Shown: piece by piece, positions 43,075 through 51,960 of the stretch
Layout of the letters: the number at the start of each line of letters is the position of its first letter
Position numbering within the stretch: the first letter of the stretch is position 1
Source of the DNA: Candidatus Pacearchaeota archaeon CG1_02_39_14
GTDB taxonomy: Archaea; Nanobdellota; Nanobdellia; Pacearchaeales; GW2011-AR1
Direction: 5' to 3'
Assembly (NCBI GenBank): GCA_001872315.1
Contig: MNVZ01000026.1
Location: 1 to 55,645, forward strand
DNA: 55,645 nt
Made by a program: the position numbers and the translations under genes
The notes under the pieces: model-generated
Database searches by the model: none
The model's input: the letters and a program-made list of their open reading frames with translations, nothing else
What the model was told of the DNA's origin: nothing

Positions 43075-43418
43075 TTGGTGCTTACCAAAATAGTTGAGAT
43101 AGGAGTCATCAACTCAGAAGACATTAGTGAAATAATGTTGTTTGCGACACTAAAGTAATTTTCATATTTTTTGCTAACTTTAAGCCTTACTGTTTCTCCG
43201 CCTATTACTGAAAGTAACATAACTTCCATTTCTGATTTTGCATCTGCTTCACATGAACCGTAAGATATCCTGACATCCCCCTCATATTTACCTGCGAGAA
43301 TTGCAATCGCTCTCGATGGTCTTTGATGTATCCCCAAAAAATCTCTTATTAAAATATCTTCTTCATAAAAATCCCTGCTATCAACCTCAATCCTATCACT
43401 TAATATCGTCATCAACAT
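43071..43418 (-). CDS. HPr-like phosphocarrier-fold protein
   Basis: 115 aa. GIHQRPSRAIAILAGKYEGDVRISYGSCEADAKSEMEVMLLSVIGGETVRLKV parallels E. coli HPr [11 protein letters not shown]...[23 protein letters not shown] (from memory). His and Ser positions are retained. Confidence 0.55.
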   Translation of the reverse strand: MLMTILSDRIEVDSRDFYEEDILIRDFLGIHQRPSRAIAILAGKYEGDVRISYGSCEADAKSEMEVMLLSVIGGETVRLKVSKKYENYFSVANNIISLMSSELMTPISTILVSTN

Positions 43419-43992
43419 CGTCCTGGATGTCCTCGGTGTCGCGCCATTTTATTGAGCATCCAATTGAGGGTTTTTGGTTTTCTTCGGGTATTCCCGGAAA
43501 GCCATTTGCAAGATTGTTTACAGCTTCCAGCAAGTCATGATGATTCACTTTTTCGGGATACTGCCAGTTGTCGTCGATGCTTCCATGATATATTAATTTC
43601 TTATTAGAATCCATTAAATAGACATCAGGAGTGCACTGCGCTTTGTATGCCCTTGCTGTTTCCTGCGACTGGTCGATGAGGTAGGGAAACTGGAGATCGT
43701 TTTCTTCTATGAACTCTTTCATCTTCTTCGGAGAATCTTCAGGATACTCGGGGTTTATATTAGAGTTTATTGCTACTGTGTTTATTCCAAGCTCTTTTGC
43801 CTGTCCTGCAATTTTGATCAATCTGGGCCATACTGCTTGCGCATAAGGGCAGTGATTACAAGTAAAAATGACAAGAAGCCCTTTCTCTCCGTATAACTGC
43901 TGGGAATGAAATGACTGCCCGTCGGCATTTCTAAGAATAAAGCCAGGCATATTTGTTCCAATTTTTATTCTGATTGATTCAAGAAGAGCCAT
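43396..43992 (-). CDS. Thioredoxin-fold redoxin (AhpC/TSA-TlpA-like, CxxC = CNHC)
   Basis: 198 aa. LLVIFTCNHCPYAQAVWPRL. Minus-strand TTTAAATA ends 22 nt upstream of the ATG. Confidence 0.75.
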   Translation of the reverse strand: MALLESIRIKIGTNMPGFILRNADGQSFHSQQLYGEKGLLVIFTCNHCPYAQAVWPRLIKIAGQAKELGINTVAINSNINPEYPEDSPKKMKEFIEENDLQFPYLIDQSQETARAYKAQCTPDVYLMDSNKKLIYHGSIDDNWQYPEKVNHHDLLEAVNNLANGFPGIPEENQKPSIGCSIKWRDTEDIQDDVDDDIK

Positions 43993-44068
43993 ACTAGTGC
44001 AAGAAAAGAGAATTATTTAAAGATTTTGCCCGTCGGCATTTGAGTTATTCTGAGAAGTTACCGCAAAG

Positions 44069-44076
44069 TTTAAATA
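44069..44076 (+). promoter_or_regulatory. TATA box for aEF-1alpha
   Basis: TTTAAATA ends 23 nt before the ATG at 44099. Confidence 0.5.
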
Positions 44077-44098
44077 CCTTATTTTTCAATAACAAAAC

Positions 44099-45376
44099 AT
44101 GGCTAAAGAAAAACCAGGAATTAACATAGCTTTTGTTGGTCATGTTGACCATGGAAAGTCTACCACAATTGGAAGATTGATGTTTGATAGTGGTAACCTC
44201 CCAGAACAGGAATTAGAGAAGCTTAGAAAACTTGCTGTGGAAAAAGGAAAAGCAGGATTTGAGTTTGCTTATGTCATGGACAGATTTAAGGAAGAGAGAG
44301 AAAGAGGAGTTACAATTGACCTTGCTTACCAGAAAATTATTACCCCTAAAAGAGAAGTTACAATAATTGATGCTCCAGGACACAAGGATTTTGTTAAGAA
44401 CATGATTACCGGAGCTTCACAGGCGGACGCTGCTTTCTTGGTTGTTGCTGCCCAGGAAGGGGTTCAGCCACAGACAAAGGAGCACTTATGGCTGTTGAAG
44501 ACAATGGGTGTTGGAGAGATATGCATACTGATTAACAAGATGGATACTGTTAACTTTAAGGAAGATGCTTTCAATAAGGTTAAGGAAGACCTCTCGGCAT
44601 TGCTAAAGACAGCAGGATTCAAGCCGGACACAATGACATTCATAGCTGCTTCTGGATTCAAGGGAGACAATGTATTCAAGAAATCAGAGAATATGGCTTG
44701 GTATAAGGGCCCTACAGTTTATGAGCAGCTTGACCTTTTCAAGGATGCTGAAAAACCAAATAATCTTCCTTTGAGAATGCCCTTGCAGGATGTTTATGAT
44801 ATTACTGGAATCGGAACTGTTCCTGTTGGAAAGATAATTACTGGTGTTATGAAGATAGGCCAGAAAGTAGTTGTTCTTCCAGGAAGATCCGGAACAGGAA
44901 TAAACGGGGAAGTAAGAAGCATTGAAGCACACCATGAGCAAATGCAGGAAGCATCATCCGGAGATAATGTCGGAATCAACATCAGAGGAGTTGGAAAGAA
45001 AGACGCTGCAAGAGGAGATGTTGTCTGCGATGTAGCTAAGCCTGCAAAGATTGTTGAGGAGTTTACCGCCCAGATAGCAGTCATAGACCACCCAACAGTT
45101 ATTGCTAAAGGATATACTCCTGTGTTCCATGTTCACACAGCCCAGGTGCCTTGCCAGTTTATAGAGCTGATTGAGGTAACAAGAGGTGGAGAAAAAACGG
45201 CAAATCCTGACTTTTTGAAAACAGGAGATGTTGCTAAGGTAAAGATAAAGCCTATCGGAAACCTTGTCTTGGAGACAAATGCAGATAACCCTCACATGAG
45301 TAGATTCGCAATAAGAGATGCTGGAAAGACAGTTGGAGCAGGTGTCTGCGTAGACCTTAAGGCAAAAGTAATTTAA
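44099..45376 (+). CDS. tuf: Translation elongation factor 1-alpha (aEF-1alpha)
   Basis: 425 aa. [36 protein letters not shown]. Confidence 0.95.
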   Translation: MAKEKPGINIAFVGHVDHGKSTTIGRLMFDSGNLPEQELEKLRKLAVEKGKAGFEFAYVMDRFKEERERGVTIDLAYQKIITPKREVTIIDAPGHKDFVKNMITGASQADAAFLVVAAQEGVQPQTKEHLWLLKTMGVGEICILINKMDTVNFKEDAFNKVKEDLSALLKTAGFKPDTMTFIAASGFKGDNVFKKSENMAWYKGPTVYEQLDLFKDAEKPNNLPLRMPLQDVYDITGIGTVPVGKIITGVMKIGQKVVVLPGRSGTGINGEVRSIEAHHEQMQEASSGDNVGINIRGVGKKDAARGDVVCDVAKPAKIVEEFTAQIAVIDHPTVIAKGYTPVFHVHTAQVPCQFIELIEVTRGGEKTANPDFLKTGDVAKVKIKPIGNLVLETNADNPHMSRFAIRDAGKTVGAGVCVDLKAKVI

Positions 45377-45438
45377 TTTCTTCCCGATTTCATTTTTAGC
45401 ACAATAATGATTATAAAGCAGTCGTTATTTTAGTTACC

Positions 45439-45990
45439 ATGAAAAAAGGGATGTCAAGACAGGAAATAGAACATGCACTTCAGGGCATGGGTGATTATGT
45501 AAAAATGGATTACCTACAAAGGGCGCTGAAATCTAACCTTGACTTTGAGACAAAAAAATTTGTGCAAATAAAACTCGCTAAAATATACGAAGCAAGAAAT
45601 ATGTTCTCCGACGCTGCAAGACTGATTAAAAATGCAGCTGATATCAATACAACCTTCAAAGGAAAAATTCAGGATTACATGAAATCCGCTGAATTATTTA
45701 TAAGGGGCGGGAGCTTTGATGAGTCAGAAGAAGTGTATAAGAGGGTCCTTGCATGCGGCAACACCCTTGAAAAAAGCGAGATGAAAGAGAGTTATAAGAA
45801 TTTCTTTATGACTCAGGCGGAAATTTATCTTAAGCAGGATAAGAGGAACCAGGCAAGGAAAACTTATGAGAGGATGCTGAATGTTGAGCTTGCTATGGGA
45901 GAAAGAGCAGAAGTGCAGAAAAAACTTCTTGCATTATATGAAAGATTAGGGTTGATAAGAGAGTATAATTCTTTGAAAAAAGTTATGTGA
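45439..45990 (+). CDS. Helical-repeat (TPR-like) hypothetical protein
   Basis: 183 aa, all-helical repeat appearance. ATTATAAA ends 22 nt upstream. Occupies the position where rps10 usually follows tuf. Confidence 0.5.
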   Translation: MKKGMSRQEIEHALQGMGDYVKMDYLQRALKSNLDFETKKFVQIKLAKIYEARNMFSDAARLIKNAADINTTFKGKIQDYMKSAELFIRGGSFDESEEVYKRVLACGNTLEKSEMKESYKNFFMTQAEIYLKQDKRNQARKTYERMLNVELAMGERAEVQKKLLALYERLGLIREYNSLKKVM

Positions 45991-46004
45991 ATGAATAAAA
46001 AAAG

Positions 46005-46023
46005 AAGGGCCCCGAAGGGCCTT
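46005..46023. terminator. Stem-loop between convergent genes (possible bidirectional terminator)
   Basis: AAGGGCC-CCGAA-GGGCCTT region. GGCCC/GGGCC 5-bp GC core with a CGAA loop, extendable by G-U and A-T pairs. A-rich on the upstream side. Confidence 0.4.
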
Positions 46024-46027
46024 ATAA

Positions 46028-46150
46028 TTAGCCCATGTATTCAACAGACTCTATGCCTTCGTCAAAGAGTTGGCTGATATCTTCGATGTCTTCTTCTTCA
46101 TTTTCAGAAGTCGCAGACCCGATGTTCTGGATTTGTTCTTTCATCACCAT
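46028..46150 (-). CDS. Possible 40-aa acidic micro-protein
   Basis: MVMKEQIQNIGSATSENEEEDIEDISQLFDEGIESVEYMG. Minus-strand TTTATATA lies 32 nt upstream. The remainder of the 148-aa track ORF overlaps the dnaG promoter and start and is rejected. Confidence 0.3.
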   Translation of the reverse strand: MVMKEQIQNIGSATSENEEEDIEDISQLFDEGIESVEYMG

Positions 46151-46432
46151 CTTTTTAGTTAACGGTACTGGACTGGCCGAATATATAAATGTTTTTATGA
46201 TTACAGATGGAAAAATTATCGACGGAAAAAGTTTATAAATATGAGGTGTCTTTTTTTTAACTCCCTCTTTTGTTAATAATCCACAAACCACAAGTTTTAA
46301 ATAGGCTATTCGTGATTTCGGTGAGTAGAAAGAGTAAAAATTACTTTCACGATCACTTTCACATTCACGGCCTTTGTTTTTGGTCCAGTAAAAGAGATTA
46401 GGGATTAGTTTTCTTTCTATGAGAAATAAAAA

Positions 46433-47596
46433 ATGGCAAAAATAAGTCCAGTATCGATAAAGTACATGATTCATGCGAATTTCAAAGCCGAAGGCCCAGT
46501 TGAAAAACCGGATGTCATAGGCGCAATTTTCGGCCAGACCGAAGGATTGCTTGGAAGGGACATGGAGATGAGAGAATTGCAGAAAGAAGGAAAGATTGGA
46601 AGAATAGAAGTTGAGCTTGAGACTGTCGACGGAAAATCAATCGGAGAAATAAAAGTCCCAAGCGCGCTTGATAAATCAGAAACTACAATAATTGCCGCAA
46701 CACTTGAAACAATAGACAGAATCGGACCTACTGAAGCCAAGATTGAAATTTCTAAAATTGAGGATGTAAGAGGGAGCAAGAGAGATTACATAATTGAGAG
46801 AGCGAAAAAACTTCTTGACCAGGTTGAAGGAGATAGCATGGGTGGAATGTCTAAAGCTCTAAAGGAAGAGTCCAGAACTTCTAAAGTTCAGGAATATGGA
46901 GAGGAAAGGCTTGCAGCTGGAGACCTTTCAGGTGATGAGGTTATAGTTGTTGAAGGAAGAGCTGATGTTCTCAATCTTTTAAGAAATAGAGTTAACAATG
47001 TTATAGGTATGATGGGCGTCAAGATGCCAAAGGAGATTAGAAGGCTTGGTGAGGAGAAGGAACTTACCCTGTTTGTTGATGGAGACAGGGGAGGGAAGCT
47101 TATAGCCAAGAATGTTATTGAAAATGCCAAGATAACTTATGTTGCAGTTGCTCCGGATGGAAAGGAAGTTGAAGAGCTTACAGGCAAGGAGATATTGCAG
47201 GCATTAAGGAGAAAAGTCCCAACTGATGAGTTCCTTAAAAAATCAGGCAATGGGAACGGAAGAAGCTACAGGAATGAAGATTCAAGGGAAGAACCTGAAG
47301 AGATAAGCGTTGATCCCGAAGATGCAAAAAAGGCAGTCAAAGAAAAGTATAAAGATATAAAAGATACCAGAAAGGCAATTTTCTTAGACTCAAATCTCGA
47401 GGTTGTGAAAGAACTTTCTTCAAGAGATGTTCCCGGCACCCTGAAAAGGATGAAGAATGGAGTTGCAGCAGTTATTATTGATGGAATGGCATCTTCTATG
47501 ATAATAAAGGCTTGTGATGAAGAAGGGGTCAAATTCCTTGGAGCTACAAACTTCAGCGCAACTACTGATTCGAAAGTTAAGCTGATAAGCCTTTAA
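46433..47596 (+). CDS. dnaG: Archaeal DnaG-like Toprim protein
   Basis: 387 aa. N-terminus KYMIHANFKAEGPVEKPDVIGAIFGQTEGLLG is typical of archaeal DnaG. Toprim motifs VVEGRADVLNL and VDGDRGG. Confidence 0.85.
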   Translation: MAKISPVSIKYMIHANFKAEGPVEKPDVIGAIFGQTEGLLGRDMEMRELQKEGKIGRIEVELETVDGKSIGEIKVPSALDKSETTIIAATLETIDRIGPTEAKIEISKIEDVRGSKRDYIIERAKKLLDQVEGDSMGGMSKALKEESRTSKVQEYGEERLAAGDLSGDEVIVVEGRADVLNLLRNRVNNVIGMMGVKMPKEIRRLGEEKELTLFVDGDRGGKLIAKNVIENAKITYVAVAPDGKEVEELTGKEILQALRRKVPTDEFLKKSGNGNGRSYRNEDSREEPEEISVDPEDAKKAVKEKYKDIKDTRKAIFLDSNLEVVKELSSRDVPGTLKRMKNGVAAVIIDGMASSMIIKACDEEGVKFLGATNFSATTDSKVKLISL

Positions 47597-47631
47597 ACAA
47601 GGTTTAAATATCTTAGATTGCTTTTTTGACG

Positions 47632-48072
47632 ATGGAAAAGGGGAAGAGAAATCTTATAATTGCTCTTATTTTGGTTATTCTTGTTATCGCTGGTTTTTAT
47701 TACGCTTTTCTGCCAAAAGAATGCGGAGATTATGAATGCTTCAGGCAGAACATGGTTGAATGCAGGCCCGCGAAATATGTTAATGAAGAAAGAGAAGCCT
47801 CCTGGGGTTATGAGGTAATAGGAAAAAAGAGAGAACAGTGTGAAGTTGAGGTAAAACTGCTTCTTGCTAAAGAAGGAGAATTGAAGCTTCGCGAGTTTGA
47901 AGGAAATTCAATGAATTGCTTTTATCCTCTTGGTACTGCCGCATTTCCTGATGAAGATTTGAGTGCCTGCCATGGGAGATTGAAGGAAGATTTACAGCAA
48001 AGGATTATAGAAAAACTACATGAATACATCCTTGATAATTTAGGCGAGATAAGGGGAGAATTGGGGGTTTAA
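47632..48072 (+). CDS. Membrane-anchored Cys-containing extracytoplasmic protein
   Basis: N-terminal TM LIIALILVILVIAGFYYAF. Seven Cys in the ectodomain. TTTAAATA ends 22 nt before the ATG at 47632 (the track start is TTG). Confidence 0.55.
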   Translation: MEKGKRNLIIALILVILVIAGFYYAFLPKECGDYECFRQNMVECRPAKYVNEEREASWGYEVIGKKREQCEVEVKLLLAKEGELKLREFEGNSMNCFYPLGTAAFPDEDLSACHGRLKEDLQQRIIEKLHEYILDNLGEIRGELGV

Positions 48073-48107
48073 GGAAAGGTTTATAACTGGTCTGTATAAT
48101 TCTTGAA

Positions 48108-48434
48108 ATGGTTATCCTGAAAAGAGGAGATATGACTGAGTATGAGCTTCTTGCTTATGACGGCGCTAATTTCGCTCATAGTGAAAGAGATAGAACAGGC
48201 GCAAGGATAATTAGCCAGAATCCTTTCTTTTACAGATGGAATTTAGAGAATAACTTAGAGGTCCTGACTTTTGATGATCCTTCTGACCCTGAATCTGCTA
48301 AACTCTTTCATTTTTATCAAGAAGAGCTTGCTAAGGGAGAAGGGATTGACCTGGAAAAAAGAGATGCTCCGGTAAGAGGACAGGATGTTATAGAAGTATT
48401 GAGAAGATATTCTGCCTCCAGAAGAACTGGATAA
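48108..48434 (+). CDS. Hypothetical protein
   Basis: 108-aa ORF. TTTATAAC ends 21 nt upstream. Confidence 0.5.
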   Translation: MVILKRGDMTEYELLAYDGANFAHSERDRTGARIISQNPFFYRWNLENNLEVLTFDDPSDPESAKLFHFYQEELAKGEGIDLEKRDAPVRGQDVIEVLRRYSASRRTG

Positions 48435-48464
48435 AGTTAAAAATTCAATTTTCCTTCTAATTAG

Positions 48465-49199
48465 ATGAAAAAAATAATCATTGTCTCTGGAGCTGCTGGT
48501 TCTCTTGGTGAAGAATATTTGAAATATTTTTCTGAAAGGGAAGGATTTCATTTAGTTGGATTATCCAGACGGGAGCCTGCAAAAAAAGTAAAAAATGTTG
48601 AATATGTTTATTTAGATTTACTTCATTCAAATGAACTTGACAAGAAAATGAGCAAATTAAATCTAAAGGAATTTGCAGAAATAATATTTATCCACCTTGT
48701 AGGTAAATTCAAGTTTGAAGACAAAGAAGGCAGTAAGAGATTAGATAAAAAAATTTATGATTCTAATGTAACCACTTTTGTCAATATGGCTAATATCTTT
48801 TCAAAACTTGTTGAAAGAAATAAGAAGGTTGTATTCTGTTGCTTTGGATCTGTAAGTGATAAATTTGATATTCCCTACTGGAAATCCTATACTCAATCCA
48901 AAAAAGAGCTTCGGAGAATTGTCAAAGATTTGTCTAAGAATAAGAATATCAGAAGTGTTTTTGTTAATGTTAGCACTGTTTTGACTGACAATGAAAACAA
49001 GCTCAGACCCTTTGCTGATAAGACATATTGGCTTAACCCAAAGAAGGTAGTTCAAAAGTCTATAAGGGAGATAATTTTTGGAAAATCTCAATTTATTGAA
49101 TTAGATGTTTTCGAGCCGCATCCCAGGTTTAAGCAAGACTACTATCTTAATCATAAAGCCCTTTATGATAAGTGGAAAAGGGAGATGAGTCGAGGATGA
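48465..49199 (+). CDS. Short-chain dehydrogenase/reductase family protein
   Basis: Rossmann motif VSGAAGSLG and catalytic YxxxK as YTQSK. Confidence 0.7.
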   Translation: MKKIIIVSGAAGSLGEEYLKYFSEREGFHLVGLSRREPAKKVKNVEYVYLDLLHSNELDKKMSKLNLKEFAEIIFIHLVGKFKFEDKEGSKRLDKKIYDSNVTTFVNMANIFSKLVERNKKVVFCCFGSVSDKFDIPYWKSYTQSKKELRRIVKDLSKNKNIRSVFVNVSTVLTDNENKLRPFADKTYWLNPKKVVQKSIREIIFGKSQFIELDVFEPHPRFKQDYYLNHKALYDKWKREMSRG

Positions 49200-49957
49200 T
49201 CAAATTCGGGCCTGCAGGGCTTGGGCCGGTTAAGGATGCTGAAGAAACGCTGGAAGAGTATCACAGGGCCGGATTGAAAGCATGCGAGATTGCATTCACT
49301 TATAGCATTTATATCAAAAAAAAGGAAGATGCAGAAAGGATTGGGAAGAAGGCAAAAGAGCTTGGAATTGAATTGAGCATCCATGCGCCTTACTGGGTTA
49401 ACCTTAATTCGCATGAAAAGGAAAAGAGGGAATCTACTAAGAAGAGGATACTGGGATGCTGTGAAGTCGCGCACTGGTTGAAAGCAAAGGCAGTAGTTTT
49501 TCATCCGGGTTATTATGGAAAGGACAAGGAAGGAGCTTATGAAAATATTAAGGAAGGAATTCTTGATATTGTGGATGAACTGAAGAAGAAAAAGTGGGAT
49601 GTTGACTTATGCCCTGAAACAATGGGAAAGATAAATGTATTTGGCAGCCTGGAGGAAATTTCCAGGTTAGTGAAAGATACTGGATGCTCTTTCTGCATTG
49701 ACTTTGCGCATATACTCGCCAGAGATAAGGAAGTTGATTATACCAGGATTCAAGAACTATTTCCAGGAAAAAGATGGCACTGCCATTTCTCGGGGATTGT
49801 TTATGGGGAAAAGGGAGAGAAGAATCATAAGAAGACTGAAAAGAAAGAATGGAAAGTTTTGCTTGAAAATCTCCCTAAAAACAAGGAAATAATAATAGTC
49901 AATGAAAGCCCTGATCCTATAAATGATTCCATAGAAGGCCTTGAATTATCTGGGTAG
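49196..49957 (+). CDS. nfo: Endonuclease IV-like TIM-barrel protein (AP endonuclease family 2)
   Basis: SIHAPYWVNLNS, VVFHPGYY, CPETMGK and CIDFAHILA parallel the Endo IV metal-binding motifs. ATGA overlap with the SDR stop. Confidence 0.65.
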   Translation: MIKFGPAGLGPVKDAEETLEEYHRAGLKACEIAFTYSIYIKKKEDAERIGKKAKELGIELSIHAPYWVNLNSHEKEKRESTKKRILGCCEVAHWLKAKAVVFHPGYYGKDKEGAYENIKEGILDIVDELKKKKWDVDLCPETMGKINVFGSLEEISRLVKDTGCSFCIDFAHILARDKEVDYTRIQELFPGKRWHCHFSGIVYGEKGEKNHKKTEKKEWKVLLENLPKNKEIIIVNESPDPINDSIEGLELSG

Positions 49958-50191
49958 GCCATTGATTTCCCTTTGCCTGTCTATTTCAGAAAGTTTTGCT
50001 CTTGCAAGGCCGGGATTCATCTTGCAGACATTGAGTATACCAAGAATCTTCTTTATTATCTCTTCATAACTCTCTTTTGGGTACGTTCTAATGTTATCCA
50101 GCCTTGATTTTGTCTCCCTGTTCAGCTTGATAGTCGTTACGTTTTTCTCCTTTTTCTGCCTTTTCTTTCCCTGGGATTTTGCCGTCGCCAT
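49946..50191 (-). CDS. Small RHH-like DNA-binding protein with basic N-terminus
   Basis: 81 aa. TTIKLNRETKSRLDNIRTYPKESYEEIIKKILGIL fits a beta-alpha-alpha pattern. Confidence 0.4.
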   Translation of the reverse strand: MATAKSQGKKRQKKEKNVTTIKLNRETKSRLDNIRTYPKESYEEIIKKILGILNVCKMNPGLARAKLSEIDRQREINGLPR

Positions 50192-50317
50192 TATAGGGTA
50201 TACCAGGGTATGGAGTTTATATATTTTATTGTATATTTGTTACTATATAATAGAGCAATATTGTTGTCACCATAAAGTTTATAAAGGACTTCTCGGTTCC
50301 ATTTGTAATTAAATAAA

Positions 50318-51544
50318 ATGGAAACCCAAATGATAGCTAAAACGATTTTAGCTTCCTTTGTCGCACTGTTTGCAATTGTTCTAGCAGTTGTCGTAATGCC
50401 AAGTGCTAGCGCTTTTGGAACAATTGACGGAGTTTACATTGACGGAGTTTTCTACGGTAACGGAGAAAATGCTGGTGTTTTCGCTGGAGAGACACTCCCT
50501 GTAAGAGTTGTTTTCACAGCTTCGGAAAACCAGGAAGACGTCAGAATTGTGGCAAGAATCTTTGGAGAAGCAGGGTTGTCTGAACAGACTGAAAGATTTG
50601 ATGTAGTTCAGGACAGCACATACAGAAAGCTTCTTAACATCGATCTGCCTTTCGACATAGATCCAAATGAAAGTTTCATCTTGGAAATAACTGTTGAAAG
50701 CAATTCTGAAGAAGCTGCATCTCAGCAGATAATGCTTGAGATTCAGAGAGATTCCTACCTCGTAGAGATTTTGTCAGTTGCAGGCGCTACAGAAGTAGCT
50801 GCTGGTGATACCTTGTCTTTGGACGTTGTTCTGAAGAACAGAGGAAGACACGAAGCAGAAGACACTTTTGTGGAAGCAAGTATTCCTGCACTTGGTGTCA
50901 CTTCCAGAACCTTCTACGGTGACTTGTCATCAGTAGATATAGATTCGGAAAGCACGCCTGAAAAGTTTGACTCTGCCGAAAGAAGAGTATTCCTTAGAAT
51001 ACCTTCCAACGCAGCAACAGGTGTATATGACATCGAGGTAACAGCCTTCAATGACGACTCCTCTACAACTGTCATAAAGAGAGTTGTGGTTGTTGGTGGT
51101 TTGAGGACTGACATCGTCAGTTCTGGAACTACTGAAAGAGTTGCCACTGGAGAGAAAGCTGATTTCTCCATGACAATTGTGAACTCTGGAAACACCATAA
51201 AAATCTACGAGTTGGTTGTAGATGCAGATGCAGGACTGAATGTTGGTCTTGCTGAATCTGTTGTGGTTGTTCCTGCAGGATCCGCAAAAACTGTGCAGAT
51301 CACAGCTGAATCATCTGAAGAAGGTGATTACGACTTTACTGTGAATGTGCATAGCGAAGGACAAGTAGTGCAGAGCAAGACATTTAATGCCATGGTTGAA
51401 GGAACAAGCATCTCCTCAGGAAATGCCGCTGTTGTCCTTACAATAATCCTGGCAATAATCTTTGTTGTCCTGCTTGTTGTGCTGATTGTGCTTTTGACAA
51501 GGAAGCCTGAAACGAAGGAAGAATTCGGAGAAAGTTACTACTAA
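50318..51544 (+). CDS. Cell-surface (S-layer-like) acidic protein with C-terminal membrane anchor
   Basis: 408 aa. Signal peptide ILASFVALFAIVLAVVVMPSASA. Repeated beta-rich segments. C-terminal TM AAVVLTIILAIIFVVLLVVLIVLL followed by TRKPE. Confidence 0.65.
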   Translation: METQMIAKTILASFVALFAIVLAVVVMPSASAFGTIDGVYIDGVFYGNGENAGVFAGETLPVRVVFTASENQEDVRIVARIFGEAGLSEQTERFDVVQDSTYRKLLNIDLPFDIDPNESFILEITVESNSEEAASQQIMLEIQRDSYLVEILSVAGATEVAAGDTLSLDVVLKNRGRHEAEDTFVEASIPALGVTSRTFYGDLSSVDIDSESTPEKFDSAERRVFLRIPSNAATGVYDIEVTAFNDDSSTTVIKRVVVVGGLRTDIVSSGTTERVATGEKADFSMTIVNSGNTIKIYELVVDADAGLNVGLAESVVVVPAGSAKTVQITAESSEEGDYDFTVNVHSEGQVVQSKTFNAMVEGTSISSGNAAVVLTIILAIIFVVLLVVLIVLLTRKPETKEEFGESYY

Positions 51545-51621
51545 GTTTATTTTTCTCTTTTATTTTTTGTAGTACTTTCTTCTCTTTCCCTATTAATTTA
51601 TTATTAAGAAGGATTTGATAG

Positions 51622-51960
51622 ATGAGAAAAACATACAGATTTGCACAGGGTTTCATGCATGAATTCCCAATTAATGCTGCTATTCCTTTTATCATTCCAA
51701 CCGCTTTTTCCCAAATAAGTACTGAAGAAAGAGAAAATGCAAGAAGAACAGAGGAATATCTGGCGAAAGATGAATTAAGCAGCTACATTGCGGGGGGCAT
51801 AACAGGAACAATTGCTGGCGGACTCTGCGCCGTTGCATACAGCACTTTTGCTGTGGTTAAATCTGCAAGAAATCCGGATTTTTTGATAGAAGCAGGGGTG
51901 ATCCTGGCCGCAACAAATGTAGCTTCTTTTTTATATGAAATGTATAAGAAGAGACATTAA
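51622..51960 (+). CDS. Small membrane protein
   Basis: 112 aa with two Gly/Ala-rich hydrophobic segments in the C-terminal half. Confidence 0.4.
   Translation: MRKTYRFAQGFMHEFPINAAIPFIIPTAFSQISTEERENARRTEEYLAKDELSSYIAGGITGTIAGGLCAVAYSTFAVVKSARNPDFLIEAGVILAATNVASFLYEMYKKRH

Noticed and set aside
46028-46474. 148-aa minus-strand ORF
   Set aside because: Its N-terminal two thirds overlap the dnaG start and promoter region and are hydrophobic and low-complexity. Only the last 40 codons (46028-46150) are kept, as a low-confidence micro-protein.
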